Shown one piece after another: positions 1 through 10,030 of a stretch of DNA of 64,000 bases. Under the pieces are notes generated by a model. That model saw nothing but the letters and a program-made list of their open reading frames with translations, had not been told where the DNA came from and did not search any database. The DNA is from an uncultured Candidatus Rokubacteria bacterium (lineage in GTDB: Bacteria; Methylomirabilota; Methylomirabilia; Rokubacteriales; CSP1-6). The DNA is taken from assembly GCA_963747235.1 (NCBI GenBank), contig CAVVEU010000033.1, positions 256,001 through 320,000 of the forward strand, read 5' to 3'. Position 1 is the first letter of the stretch, and each line of letters opens with the position of its first letter. A program made the translations under genes and the position numbers.

Positions 1-1210
1 AGCGCGGCCTTCCCCACCGTCGGCGAGAGCCTGGGTGGCGGCGAGCCCGACCGGCCCGAGATCGAGATCCCCATCGGCGCGATGCTGGGCTGGGGCGCCG
101 ATGTGCTGCTCGGCCGCAAGGCCGGCGACACCGTGCGCGATCTGCTGGGCGAGCCCCCGACGCCCGAGCGCCCGCTCGACCTGGCCGTGCTGACCGCCAT
201 GCGCGCGACCCCATCCCGGTCCGCGCCCGACGGACAGGTGCAGTTCCTCGATCGCTACGTGGAGAAGACGTTCCCGGCCGCGGATCTGGCGGACCTCGGC
301 GTGGCCTCGCTCGGCGTGCGCGCCCAGGTGCTCCGGGTGTCCTTGTTCGAGCGCTCGGCCCTGGCCGCGCTCGGCACGATCGTCGCGCCGCGGATCACGC
401 CGGAGCGCGCGATGGCGCAGGGGCTCTCCGCGCGCGGCTTCGAGCACGTGATCTACCGGCAGGTCCTCGGGCGCATCCTGAGCGTGATCTATTTCCCCTT
501 CTGGGTGGTGGAGCTCGCTCGGAATGCCGAGCGCTGGCTCACCGTCGTGGACGCGGTGGCCGAGAGCGTCGTGCAGCCGCGCGCGCCCCTGTCGCTCCGC
601 GAAGCCCTCGAGCGGCCCGCGAGCGACGAGCCGCGCACGGTGGGGCTCCGCCCACTGGTCTGCCCCAACTGCGGCTGGGCCCTGCCCGTCGAGCCCGACG
701 ACGTGATCTTCTTCTGCGGCTCCTGCCACCGGGCCTGGCAGATCCACGGCGTCGAGCTCGGCGACATGCCGCACGAGATCGCCGACACGCGGCCGGACGC
801 GGCGAACCCCGGCCCCGCGGCGGACGCGATCTACCTGCCGTTCTGGCAGCTCGATCCCGCGGGCGCGCCCGATGCGCCGCGCGCCTGGGCGCCCGCCTTC
901 CGCTACCGCCGGCTCAAGGCGCTGCACGACCTGGCCGCGCGGCTGACCGCCAAGCCGCCCGCGTACCGGCCGTGGACCGGCGAGCGCCCCGCCGCGCACG
1001 GCTGCTTCTACGACGCCGAGGACGCCGCGCTGCTCGCGCGCTTCGCGGCGGCGGGCCGGCGCCGGACGCCCCGCGAGGTGGCAGGCGGCCGCGGAGGCCG
1101 AGCCCGCGTTCACCGGCGCGCGGCTCACGTGGCTGCCGTTCCGGCGCGAGGCCCGGTCGCTCCTCGACCCGTCCACCGGGCTCGCGCTCCAGGAGGGACT
1201 CCTTGGCTAG
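1..1210 (+). CDS. Hypothetical protein with double CxxC zinc ribbon (5' partial; frameshift ~1080)
   Basis: Frame open from base 1; CPNC-x17-CGSC; high-GC3 reading resumes in another frame at ~1082 (QAAAEAEPAFTGARLTWLPF...EGLLG*, TAG 1208-1210). Confidence 0.6.
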
Positions 1211-1259
1211 ACGACGCGCGCAATCCCGCCGATCATGGAGCACCGCCGCGAGCACCGTC

Positions 1260-1712
1260 TTGAGCACCACTCCCGTCGCACGCGTGGTTCGCGTCACGCT
1301 GATCGTGGTGCTCGCCGTGGGGGTCTCCGTGGTGGGCTACCACGCGCTCCGCTTCGTGCGCTCCTGCGCCACGCTCGACGGCGCGCGCGAGGCGGTGGAG
1401 GCCCACGTCCGGGGCAAGCAGGTGCGGCGGATGGCGCGGGTGCTGAAGACCGCCGATCGGGAGATCCTGGCCGCGCGGACCGCGGTGCGGGTGACCGCGC
1501 TGACCTGCGGGCCGAGCCTGCTGGGCGGCATGACGTGCCGCACGCGCTACGTGGTCAACGGCCAGAGCGTGGGGATGGAGGCCAGCGACCACTACTTCCG
1601 GGTGGACTACTCGCTGCTGGCCGGCTGGCAGGCGACGAGCGTGACCGAGACGTCCGGGCTGCGCTACTCGCTCACGCCGTGCCGCTGCTCGTGGGCCGCC
1701 GACGGCCGATAG
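1260..1712 (+). CDS. Hypothetical membrane-anchored protein
   Basis: TTG start at 1260 within ORF 972..1712; N-terminal hydrophobic helix VTLIVVLAVGVSVVGY; several Cys. Confidence 0.55.
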   Translation: MSTTPVARVVRVTLIVVLAVGVSVVGYHALRFVRSCATLDGAREAVEAHVRGKQVRRMARVLKTADREILAARTAVRVTALTCGPSLLGGMTCRTRYVVNGQSVGMEASDHYFRVDYSLLAGWQATSVTETSGLRYSLTPCRCSWAADGR

Positions 1713-2326
1713 CCGCGCTCGCCGGGCCGGTCGCCGTGATTGGCGGCCGGCCGCGACCGCGGGTGCGCGCGTGGCTCGTGCCGCGCGGGCGCCCGGCCCC
1801 CGAGCCTGCGCGCCCAGTCCCCGTCGCGCTTCTTTGATCCGATAAGCGGGAACACTTCCCGCACCAGCCCCTCGTACTCCTCGACGGTGCGCCGGTAGAT
1901 GTCCAGCCCCGGCACCAGGTGGAGATCCAGCGTGCTGGGCGGCGCGGCCGGCGGCAGGATCGAGACGTGGATGGCCTGGAAGCACGAGCGGCCGAGCTCG
2001 GGCCGGTCCGTCACCAGGATCTCGTAGAGCTCCGGCCACTGCAGCGCCACCTCGGGCGAGCGCGCGGGCGTCTCGCGGCGGAGGTGGTCCTCCAGGTCGG
2101 CGCAGTACTTCACCTCGATGGCGAGCAGCAGGTACGAGCGGTGGCCCAGGCTCGGCTCGTCCAGCGCCTTCCAGACCACGAAGTCCGGCACGCTCTGGCC
2201 CGTGCGCATGAGCGCGGAGACCTGCGTCTCGCGCGCCACCCGCGCGACCATGTACTGCGCGCGCTTGAAGATGCCCTCGACCAGCGCCTCCGCCATCCGG
2301 CCCTTCAGCAGATTGATGTCGTCCAT
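1664..2326 (-). CDS. PD-(D/E)xK restriction-endonuclease-like protein
   Basis: KGRMAEALV helix, PDFVV and AIEVKY motifs. Confidence 0.6.
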   Translation of the reverse strand: MDDINLLKGRMAEALVEGIFKRAQYMVARVARETQVSALMRTGQSVPDFVVWKALDEPSLGHRSYLLLAIEVKYCADLEDHLRRETPARSPEVALQWPELYEILVTDRPELGRSCFQAIHVSILPPAAPPSTLDLHLVPGLDIYRRTVEEYEGLVREVFPLIGSKKRDGDWARRLGGRAPARHEPRAHPRSRPAANHGDRPGERGYRPSAAHEQRHGVSE

Positions 2327-2329
2327 GGC

Positions 2330-2750
2330 TCAGCGCTGCGCGTCCGAGATCCGGGTGGCCAGGGCCCGCAGCCGGTCGAGCGTCTCCGGGCGGAGCATCG
2401 CCGCGAAGCCGGCCGGATCGGACTTGGCGCGGTCGAGCGCCGCGCTGAGCTGCCGCGGGTCGCCGCCCGTGCTCCGCGCCAGGTCCGCGAAGACCTCGGC
2501 CGCGAGGCCGTAGACCTCCTGGGCGAGCTGGGAGGAGCCCGCCATGCCCTGGACCTGCCGGTCGACCGCCGCGGCGTTCGGGTCGGTGGCGAGGATCTGG
2601 CCCCGGGCCGCCGGGTCCGCCAGCATCCGGAGGGTCGCGGCGAGGGCCTCCGCGGCGGCCGGATCGAGCGTCTGCGCGGAGAGCGCAGGTGGCCGGGAGG
2701 ACGAGCAGGGACAGCGCGGCGAGCAAGGCGGTGGCGAGTCGTTTGATCAT
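2330..2750 (-). CDS. Hypothetical secreted alpha-helical protein (frameshift ~2690)
   Basis: Signal peptide MIKRLATALLAALSLLVLP joins ORF 2330..2626 after one frame change. Confidence 0.55.
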
Positions 2751-2882
2751 GCCGTCCGGAAGGAGCAAGAGTCGGACCACGCGCGGCGGCCCGCAATCAT
2801 GGAGAATTCCAGCGTTGGCCGCGGGCCGCCGGGAGCGAAGCTGACGGCCGGTGTCACGCCACGGCGCTTTCGTGGACACGGC

Positions 2883-2911
2883 TTGACCATCGGGCCCGGC
2901 CGGAGAATAAT
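2883..2911 (+). promoter_or_regulatory. Putative sigma70 promoter for the RidA gene
   Basis: TTGACC-N17-AATAAT, followed by GAGGAG RBS before ATG 2952. Confidence 0.45.
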
Positions 2912-2951
2912 CGCCGCGCACTTCCACCCCCAAGCGCGCGAGGAGAGCACG

Positions 2952-3437
2952 ATGCCCACAGCCGCTCATCGACCCGCAGCTCATCGAGAAGAGATCTGGG
3001 TCCCGGGCATGCCGGAGCCCATCAGCCACTTCGTCCACGTGGTCCGCGCCGGGCGGCTCGTCTTCGTCTCCGGCTGCGTGGCCAGCGACGCCCAGGGGCG
3101 CACGGTGGGCGGCAGCGACATCGTGGCCCAGACCCGCCAGGTCCACGAGAACATCAAGGGCTGCCTGGCCGCCGCGGGCGCCACCTTCGCCGACGTCTGC
3201 AAGGTGACCGTGTTCCTCAAGAACATCGCGCACCGGGAGGCGGTCAACACGGTGCGCAAGGAGTACTTCGGCAAGAGCCGGCCCGCGAGCACCCTCATCG
3301 AGATCTCGCAGTTCGTGCGCCCGGAGCTGCTCATCGAGATCGAGGCGACCGCGGTCCTGCCCGAGAAGAAGACGAGCGCGCCGCGGCGCAAGGCGCCCGC
3401 GAGCAAGCCGGCCCGGAAGGCGCGCCGCCGCCGCTGA
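2952..3437 (+). CDS. RidA/YjgF/Rid family protein with basic C-terminal tail
   Basis: VFVSG, VCKVTVFL, RPAST, LIEIEATA motifs. Confidence 0.9.
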   Translation: MPTAAHRPAAHREEIWVPGMPEPISHFVHVVRAGRLVFVSGCVASDAQGRTVGGSDIVAQTRQVHENIKGCLAAAGATFADVCKVTVFLKNIAHREAVNTVRKEYFGKSRPASTLIEISQFVRPELLIEIEATAVLPEKKTSAPRRKAPASKPARKARRRR

Positions 3438-3441
3438 GTGC

Positions 3442-5106
3442 TCAGCCGGCCGCATCGCGGGCCTGCTCGCGCAGCGCGCGCTTGAGGAGCTTGCCGGAGG
3501 CGGTCTTCGGCAGGGCGGGCACGAAGCGCACCGCGCGCGGCGCCTTGTAGACCGCCATCTGGGCGCGGCACCAGTCGACGATCTCGCGCTCGGTGACGCG
3601 GGCGTCCGGGTGCCGCACCACGAAGGCGAGCACGTCCTCGCCGCGGTAGGCGTCGGGCACGCCGACCACGCCCACCTCCGCCACCGCGGGGTGGCGGTAC
3701 ATGATCGCCTCCACCTCGGCGGGGAACACGCTGTAGCCCGAGGCCTTGATCATGTCCTTCTTCCGCTCCTCGATCGTGAAATAGCCTTCCTCGTCCGCGC
3801 GCCCGATGTCGCCGGTGCGGAGCCAGCCGTCCTGGATCGCCTCCGCGGTCGCGTCGGGCCGTCGCCAGTAGCCCTTGGTGACCATGGGCCCGCGGACGGT
3901 GATCTCGCCCGACTCGCCCAGGGGCAGCTCGGTCACGCCGTCCTCCAGGCTCACGATGCGCACGCCGGTGAACGGCAGCGGCACGCCGACCGTGCCGTAG
4001 CGCGGCCGGTGCGGCGGGTTCGAATGGCTGGGCGCGGTGGTCTCGGTGAGCCCGTAGCCTTCAATAAGTTGGTGCCCGGTGATGGCCTCCCAGCGCCGCG
4101 CGATCTCGGGCGGGACCGGCGCGCCGCCCGACGTGCAGAGCCGCAGCGAGCCCAGGTCGTACTCGGGCGTCTTCGGGTGGTTCACGATGGCCACGTTGAC
4201 GGTGGCGATCAGCGTGGTGATGGTGCAGCGGTGCTGCTGGATCGCCCGCAGCGCGGTCTCCACGTCGAAGCGGTGCAGCGCCACCAGGGTCGCGCCGGTG
4301 TAGGCCATCATGTTGAGCTGCACTTCCATCCCGGTGATGTGAAACCACGGGACGACGCCCAGCATCACGTCCGCCGGGGTGAACCCGAAGAAGGCGCGCA
4401 TCAGCTCGCAGTTCGCGGTGATGTTGCCGTGGGTCAGCTCGGCCCCCTTCGGCGCGCCCGTCGTGCCCGAGGTGTACTGGATCAGCGCGGTGTCGTGCTG
4501 GGCGCGCGGCTCCGGCGACTGCAGCCGGGCCGGCGCGGCCACGATCGCGGAGAAGGGCTCGACGCCCGCCGCGCGCCCTCCCACCGGGCCGGCCGGCTCC
4601 TCGAGGAGCGACGGGGGCAACGGCAGGCCCGGCGGCGCGGGCACGTAGTCGCGATAGGAGACCAGCGCGACCACCTCGACCGGCGTCTGCGCGCGGACCG
4701 ATTCGACGATCTCGCGGCCCGCGTGGGCGGCCACCAGCACCCGGGCGCCCGAGTCCTCCAGCTCGTGCTGGAGCTCGATGGCCTTGTGCATGGGATTGAG
4801 CGGCACCGTGATGGCGCCCGCCTTGAGCGCGCCGAAGTGCGCGATGGCGAACTGGGGGCAGTTCTCGAGATAGAGCGCGACGCGGTCGCCCGGCCCGATG
4901 CCGCGGGCGCGGAGCCAGCCCGCGAAGCGATCGCTCGCGTCGTCGAGCTCGGCGAACGTGATCGCGCGCCCGTAGAAGACGATGGCCGCCTTGCGCGGGG
5001 TGCGCGCCGCGTGACCCTGGAGGAAGGTGGTGATCGGCTCGCCGGGAAGCCGGATGCGGGCCTCGTCGAGGCCGGGCGGCCAGTGCTTCTGCCAGATCCG
5101 GTTCAT
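3442..5106 (-). CDS. Long-chain fatty acid--CoA ligase (AMP-binding)
   Basis: YTSGTTGAPKG, EGYGLTET, WLRTGDIG, PKTASGK motifs; ATG at 5106. Confidence 0.92.
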   Translation of the reverse strand: MNRIWQKHWPPGLDEARIRLPGEPITTFLQGHAARTPRKAAIVFYGRAITFAELDDASDRFAGWLRARGIGPGDRVALYLENCPQFAIAHFGALKAGAITVPLNPMHKAIELQHELEDSGARVLVAAHAGREIVESVRAQTPVEVVALVSYRDYVPAPPGLPLPPSLLEEPAGPVGGRAAGVEPFSAIVAAPARLQSPEPRAQHDTALIQYTSGTTGAPKGAELTHGNITANCELMRAFFGFTPADVMLGVVPWFHITGMEVQLNMMAYTGATLVALHRFDVETALRAIQQHRCTITTLIATVNVAIVNHPKTPEYDLGSLRLCTSGGAPVPPEIARRWEAITGHQLIEGYGLTETTAPSHSNPPHRPRYGTVGVPLPFTGVRIVSLEDGVTELPLGESGEITVRGPMVTKGYWRRPDATAEAIQDGWLRTGDIGRADEEGYFTIEERKKDMIKASGYSVFPAEVEAIMYRHPAVAEVGVVGVPDAYRGEDVLAFVVRHPDARVTEREIVDWCRAQMAVYKAPRAVRFVPALPKTASGKLLKRALREQARDAAG

Positions 5107-5141
5107 GGTCCCGGGCCGGATACTACACGCGCGACCCGCGT

Positions 5142-5170
5142 TTGACACGCGGGGAGCCGCCCGGTAGCAT
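5142..5170 (+). promoter_or_regulatory. Putative sigma70 promoter for the TonB receptor (near-leaderless)
   Basis: TTGACA-N17-TAGCAT ending 9 nt before ATG 5180; no SD. Confidence 0.55.
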
Positions 5171-5179
5171 CCCCCGACG

Positions 5180-7222
5180 ATGACGCGCCGGGGCCTCGTC
5201 GCGCTGATCCTGCTCGTCGTCGCCACCCCCGCGCGCGCGCAGGACGCCGAGCGGCTCGAGCCGGTGGTGGTGACCGCGACACGCACCGAACAGCGGCTCG
5301 GTGAGGCGCCGGCCAGCGTCAGCGTGCTCACCCGCGCGGACGTCAGCCGGACCGCGGCCCAGAGCCTCGACGATCTCCTGCGGCAGGTGCCCGGTTTCAG
5401 CCTCTTCCGCCGGTCTTCCAGCCTCGTCGGCCATCCCACGACCCAGGGCGTCTCGCTGCGGGGCATCGGCCCGAGCGGCGCCAGCCGCGCCCTCGTGCTG
5501 CTCGACGGCGTCCCCATCAACGATCCCTTCGGGGGGTGGGTGTACTGGGACCGAGTCCCGCTGCAAAGCATAGACCAGGTGGAGGTCGTGCGCGGGGGCG
5601 GCGCGAGCGTGTGGGGCAACTACGCGCTCAGCGGCGTGATCAACATCATCACGCGGCGGCCCACCGAGCGCGCCGCCTTCTTCGAGGGCAGCTACGGCAC
5701 CAGCGACACCCGGCACGCGGATCTGCTGCTGACCGAGGCGATCGGCCCCTTCCGCCTGAGCCTCGAGGGTACCTACTTCAAGACCGACGGCTACCCGGTG
5801 GTGAACGCCTCGCGCCGGGGGGCCATCGACGTGGACGCGGGCTCCGAGCACGTCACCTTCAACGGGCGCGCGGAGCTCGTCCTCTCGCCGGATCTCTCGG
5901 TGTTCGTGCGCGGGACCTACTACGAGGAGAGCCGGGACAACGGCACCCGGCTGCAGATCAACAACACCGACTCCGGCTCGTTCGCGACCGGGGTGCGCGC
6001 GCGCACCGGCGAGGGCAGCGAGTGGACCGGCACCGTCTTCGCCGACTTCCAGGCCTTCCGCAGCACGTTCTCCACCCAGGCCGCCGACCGCAACTCGGAG
6101 ACCCTCGCGCTGGACCAGCGGGTGCCGAGCACGTCGGTGGGCGCCGCGCTCTCGTGGAGCCGGACCTTCGGGGACCATCGGCTGCTCGCGGGGACCGACT
6201 TCCGGTGGATCGACGGGGAGACCGACGAGCGGGTCTACGTGGCGGGCAACTTCGCCCGCACGCGGGTGGCGGGCGGCGAGCAGCAGATCTACGGGCTCTT
6301 CGTGCAGGACGTCTACCGGCCCCTCCCCATGCTCGAGCTGGTCGCGGGCATCCGCGGCGACTACTGGCGCGCCTACGACGGCTTCCGGCGCGACACCCCG
6401 CCGCCCGCCGGCATCCCCGCCCGCCAGACCTACTCGGACATCGACCGCATCGGCGTGAGCCCGCGCGTCGCCGCGCTCGTGCACGCCACGCCCACCACCG
6501 ACGTGCGCGCCTCCGCCTATCAGGGCTTCCGGGTGCCGACGATCAACGAGCTGTACCGCGTCTTCCGCGTCCGCAACGACGTGACGGTGGCCAACGAGCA
6601 CCTGAAACCGGAGCGGCTCACCGGCGGCGAGGTCGGCGTGGAGCAGCGCTGGGGGCCGTTCACCGGCCGCGCGACCGCGTTCTGGAACGAGGTGGAGGAC
6701 CTGATCGCCAACGTGACCCTCACCAGCCGCCTGCCGGATTGCCCGGTGGGGACCACGTGCCGGCAGCGGCAGAACCTCGACCGCGCGCGCATCCGCGGCA
6801 TCGAGACCGAGCTCGAGGTGCGCCCGGCCCGCGACTGGAAGATCATCGCCGGCTACATCTTCACCGACACCACGGTGCTGGAGTCCCCGCAGCAGGTGGC
6901 CCTCGAGGGCAAGCGCCTGGCCCAGGTGCCCCGGCACGGCGCCTCCGTCACCGTGCGCTACGACAACCCCGCGCTCTTCACCGCGGCGGCCACCGTGCGC
7001 TTCGTGGGCCGGCAGTTCGAGGACGATCTCAACACGCTGCCGCTCGGCAGCTACGCGCTGGTGGATCTCTTCCTCTCGCGCCACCTCACCCGCTGGGCCG
7101 AGGTCTTCGTCGGCATCGAGAACCTGCTCGACACGACCTACAGCACCGGGCGCACCAGCGAGGGCGTCGTCTCCATCGGGGCGCCGTTCCAGGCGCGCGG
7201 CGGAGTGCGCTTGCAGTTCTGA
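5180..7222 (+). CDS. TonB-dependent outer membrane receptor
   Basis: Signal peptide, EPVVVTATR TonB box, plug motif IDQVEVVRGG...GVINIIT, C-terminal Phe. Confidence 0.93.
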   Translation: MTRRGLVALILLVVATPARAQDAERLEPVVVTATRTEQRLGEAPASVSVLTRADVSRTAAQSLDDLLRQVPGFSLFRRSSSLVGHPTTQGVSLRGIGPSGASRALVLLDGVPINDPFGGWVYWDRVPLQSIDQVEVVRGGGASVWGNYALSGVINIITRRPTERAAFFEGSYGTSDTRHADLLLTEAIGPFRLSLEGTYFKTDGYPVVNASRRGAIDVDAGSEHVTFNGRAELVLSPDLSVFVRGTYYEESRDNGTRLQINNTDSGSFATGVRARTGEGSEWTGTVFADFQAFRSTFSTQAADRNSETLALDQRVPSTSVGAALSWSRTFGDHRLLAGTDFRWIDGETDERVYVAGNFARTRVAGGEQQIYGLFVQDVYRPLPMLELVAGIRGDYWRAYDGFRRDTPPPAGIPARQTYSDIDRIGVSPRVAALVHATPTTDVRASAYQGFRVPTINELYRVFRVRNDVTVANEHLKPERLTGGEVGVEQRWGPFTGRATAFWNEVEDLIANVTLTSRLPDCPVGTTCRQRQNLDRARIRGIETELEVRPARDWKIIAGYIFTDTTVLESPQQVALEGKRLAQVPRHGASVTVRYDNPALFTAAATVRFVGRQFEDDLNTLPLGSYALVDLFLSRHLTRWAEVFVGIENLLDTTYSTGRTSEGVVSIGAPFQARGGVRLQF

Positions 7223-7632
7223 TGGGCCCGCTCCGCATCCGGCTGGGGCCGCTGACCTTCAGCGCGCGCTGGGAGGAGATCGCCGCGCCACGCACCTGCG
7301 CCGCCTTCCGCCGCCTCCTGCCCTACCGGCAGCGGATCATCCAGGCGCGCTGGAGCGGCGAGGCGGGCTGGATCCCGCTCGGCGAATTCGACCTGGGGGT
7401 GGGCGCGGAGCACGCGACGAGCGAGCCCGCGCCCGGCGCGCTGCTCTTCTATCCCGCCGGCGTCAGCGAGACCGAGATCCTGTTCCCGTACGGCGCCGCG
7501 CGCTTCGCGAGCGTGCACGGCCCGCTGGCCGGCAACCACTTCCTCACGATCGAGGAGGGCCGCGCGCAGCTCCCGGAAGTCGGACGGCTCCTCTGCTGGG
7601 AAGGCGCCCAGGACATCACCTTCGAGGCGTAG
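7222..7632 (+). CDS. DUF3830 family (cyclophilin-like) protein
   Basis: APRTCAAFRRLLP, ARWSGE, SETEILFPYG, AGNHFLTI, WEGAQDI. Confidence 0.8.
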   Translation: MGPLRIRLGPLTFSARWEEIAAPRTCAAFRRLLPYRQRIIQARWSGEAGWIPLGEFDLGVGAEHATSEPAPGALLFYPAGVSETEILFPYGAARFASVHGPLAGNHFLTIEEGRAQLPEVGRLLCWEGAQDITFEA

Positions 7633-8572
7633 CGACCGGGGCGCCGGTCGGCTCCGGCTTCGCGCGCCAGCTCCGCGCCAGCTCCTCGGCACGCACGAGC
7701 TGCTCGGGGTTGAGCTGAGTCTTGACCGAGTCCCGCGCCTGGCGCGCGGTGTCCGCCTCTCGGCCGAGGAGGCTCTGGGCCGCGACGCTGAACCACTGGT
7801 AGGCCCGCACCGGGTCGCGCGCCACGCCCTGGCCGTTGACGTAGCGCACGCCCAGGTTGAACTGCGCGAACGCCACGCCCTGCTCGGCGGCTCGCCGGTA
7901 CCACTTCACGGCCTCGACGTAGTCGCGGGTGACGCCGTCGCCGTTGGCGTAGCGTAGCCCGAGCTGGTACTGCGCGGGCGCGATCCCCTGCTCGGCGGCC
8001 AGCCGGTACCAGTACACCGCCTGCTGGGCGTCCTGGGGCACGCCCTCGCCGGTGGCGTAGCGCACGCCGAGCTGGTACTGGGCGGTGGCGCCGCCGCGAT
8101 CGGCCGCGCTCCGCAGCAGCAGCGCGTCGCGCGTGCCGCCCGGCGTGGGGAGCCGGCCCTCCGCGCGCAGCTCGTCGAGCGCGGCCTGGGCGGCCCGGTT
8201 GCCCCGCGCGGCGGCGCGGCCGTACCAGTCGGCGGCCTGCATGTCGTCCCGGTCCACCCCGCGGCCGTAGGCGTAGAGGAAGCCCAGGCGGAACTGGGCG
8301 TGCACGTCGCCCTGGAGCGCGGCGCGGCGATACCAGGCCACGGCCTCGGCGGGATCCGGCGGCAGGCCCTGCCCGCGCTCGTGCATGAAGCCCACGAGGA
8401 ACTGGGCCGCGGCGTCCCCGCCCTCGGCGAGCGGCTGCCACTCGCGGTAGGCGGTCGCGTAGTCGCCGCGGTCGTAGGCGCGGCGGCCGTCCTCGAACGT
8501 GGCGTGGGCGGGGGCCGCCGCCAGCAGGAGCGCGAGCGCGGCCAGCGCGAGGGCGGCGCGGCGGGGGCTTAC
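7616..8572 (-). CDS. Secreted Sel1-like repeat protein
   Basis: Repeated AQFxLGxxYxxGxGVxxDxxxAVxWYRxAAEQG units; signal peptide ending AHA; no canonical start codon found. Confidence 0.85.
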   Translation of the reverse strand, partial: VSPRRAALALAALALLLAAAPAHATFEDGRRAYDRGDYATAYREWQPLAEGGDAAAQFLVGFMHERGQGLPPDPAEAVAWYRRAALQGDVHAQFRLGFLYAYGRGVDRDDMQAADWYGRAAARGNRAAQAALDELRAEGRLPTPGGTRDALLLRSAADRGGATAQYQLGVRYATGEGVPQDAQQAVYWYRLAAEQGIAPAQYQLGLRYANGDGVTRDYVEAVKWYRRAAEQGVAFAQFNLGVRYVNGQGVARDPVRAYQWFSVAAQSLLGREADTARQARDSVKTQLNPEQLVRAEELARSWRAKPEPTGAPVATPRR

Positions 8573-8850
8573 TTCCAGCGCACCTGCACCTTGATCTTGG
8601 GGTACTCCGGCTCCTTGCCTTCCACGTCCACGATGCGGAGCACACCGTCGCTGCCCTCGAGCAACAGGTTGTTGTTCGAGAAGCCCACGAGCTTGCCCCA
8701 CGCCTTGGGGATGCCGACCTCGTACTTGGCGAGCGTCTGGGCGTCCACCGCGGCCGGGCGGAGCTGCCCCTGCCAGAGGTGGGCGGCGATGGCCACGAGG
8801 GCCAGGGCGATCACGGTGAGCACACTCTTCACGTAGCGATCGGCGAGCAT
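8569..8850 (-). CDS. Small exported hypothetical protein
   Basis: 93-aa ORF with GAGGA RBS and N-terminal hydrophobic helix. Confidence 0.7.
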   Translation of the reverse strand: MLADRYVKSVLTVIALALVAIAAHLWQGQLRPAAVDAQTLAKYEVGIPKAWGKLVGFSNNNLLLEGSDGVLRIVDVEGKEPEYPKIKVQVRWK

Positions 8851-8880
8851 GCGGTTCCTCCTCGGCGCCGGAGGCCGGCG

Positions 8881-9753
8881 CTAGAGCAGCCCGGGCACGA
8901 ACGCGTCGCGTCCCCGCACGTAGGTGGCCTGACGCTGGGCCGCGTTGCGGTTGATCAGCGGGCGCATGTACATGGGATGGGTCGCGCAGCGAACCTCGTG
9001 CTCGATCTCGGAGAGCTTCCCGCCGCTCTCCGGATCGGCGATGACCTGGAAGCGGTACTGATACGGATTGCTCTCCTCGGTCAGGAGCCCGTGCTCCACC
9101 AGCCAGGCGTGCGGGCCCGAGAAATCGGAGATGTAGACCGCGACGTGATGGCCGTCGTAGGGCGCGATGGCCGCGTCGGTCTCGCGGAACACCATCTCCT
9201 GCCGGTTGCCGACGCTGATGCGCGCGGCCATCCCGGCGTCGTCCTGGCTCACGGAGGCGGTCGCCTGGAGCGCGGTCTTGTAGAAGGACGCGATGCCCGC
9301 GGCGGCGCCGCGCGCCACCGGCACTTCCACGCGCGAGATGCCGAGCGTCATGTCGCCGTACTCGGGCGCGGGGCCCACGCAGCGGAACTGGTTGCCCCAC
9401 GGGCACGTCACCGCCACGTGCTTGTCGCGCATCTCGAAGGCGAACCGGGTGCCCGCGAGCGGCTCCCGCACCGCGGCCAGCCGCCGCATCAGCGCGTCGA
9501 GATCCGGCACCACCATCTCCACGTGGCCCTGCAGCACGTTCGGGGCGCCGGTGGGCAGGTGGAACTGGGTCTGCCCCGCGTTCGCCCACATGTTCTCCAC
9601 GCTCACCATCAGGTAGGGATCGCGCGTCAGCCCGAGCCCCGCGATGTAGAACAGCGTGGCCGCATGCTGGTCCGGCACCCGCACGTTCACGTGCTCCAGC
9701 AGCAAGATGTTGCCGAGATCCTGCTCCCGCCGATCGAACGTCATCCCCGCCAT
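8881..9753 (-). CDS. VOC/glyoxalase-like protein
   Basis: LEHVNVRV..FY..GLGL, HVEMVVPDL, CPWGNQF, HHVAVY: paired beta-alpha-beta-beta-beta pattern. Confidence 0.65.
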   Translation of the reverse strand: MAGMTFDRREQDLGNILLLEHVNVRVPDQHAATLFYIAGLGLTRDPYLMVSVENMWANAGQTQFHLPTGAPNVLQGHVEMVVPDLDALMRRLAAVREPLAGTRFAFEMRDKHVAVTCPWGNQFRCVGPAPEYGDMTLGISRVEVPVARGAAAGIASFYKTALQATASVSQDDAGMAARISVGNRQEMVFRETDAAIAPYDGHHVAVYISDFSGPHAWLVEHGLLTEESNPYQYRFQVIADPESGGKLSEIEHEVRCATHPMYMRPLINRNAAQRQATYVRGRDAFVPGLL

Positions 9754-9792
9754 GGCCCCGGCCCTCCCCGGCCTGGGGGCAAGCATACTATT

Positions 9793-10008
9793 TCAGCGGG
9801 CGACCCGCACCCCTGCATTCGGCGCCGCGACCACCGCGTCCGGCGCCAGCCAGTGCCCCAGCCGGATGAGGGCGGACCCGACCGCGGGGCCCACTCCGCG
9901 CGGGCCGATCCGGGCGGACTCGACCAGGGCCGGCCCGCGCGCCGGCCGCGCGCAGATCGGCCAGACGCCCGCGGCGATCTTCTCGATGGCGTACGTGTTG
10001 AAATCCAT
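9793..10008 (-). CDS. Small hypothetical protein (possible compensating indels)
   Basis: AGGAGAG RBS; MDFNTYAIEKIA...VGSALIRLGHWL. Confidence 0.6.
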   Translation of the reverse strand: MDFNTYAIEKIAAGVWPICARPARGPALVESARIGPRGVGPAVGSALIRLGHWLAPDAVVAAPNAGVRVAR

Positions 10009-10030
10009 GATGGCTCTCCTCTTCTGGCTC

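Noticed and set aside
2851-2879. Imperfect inverted repeat GTGTCACG...CGTGGACAC upstream of the RidA promoter
   Set aside because: Single imperfect copy with no cognate regulator in the window
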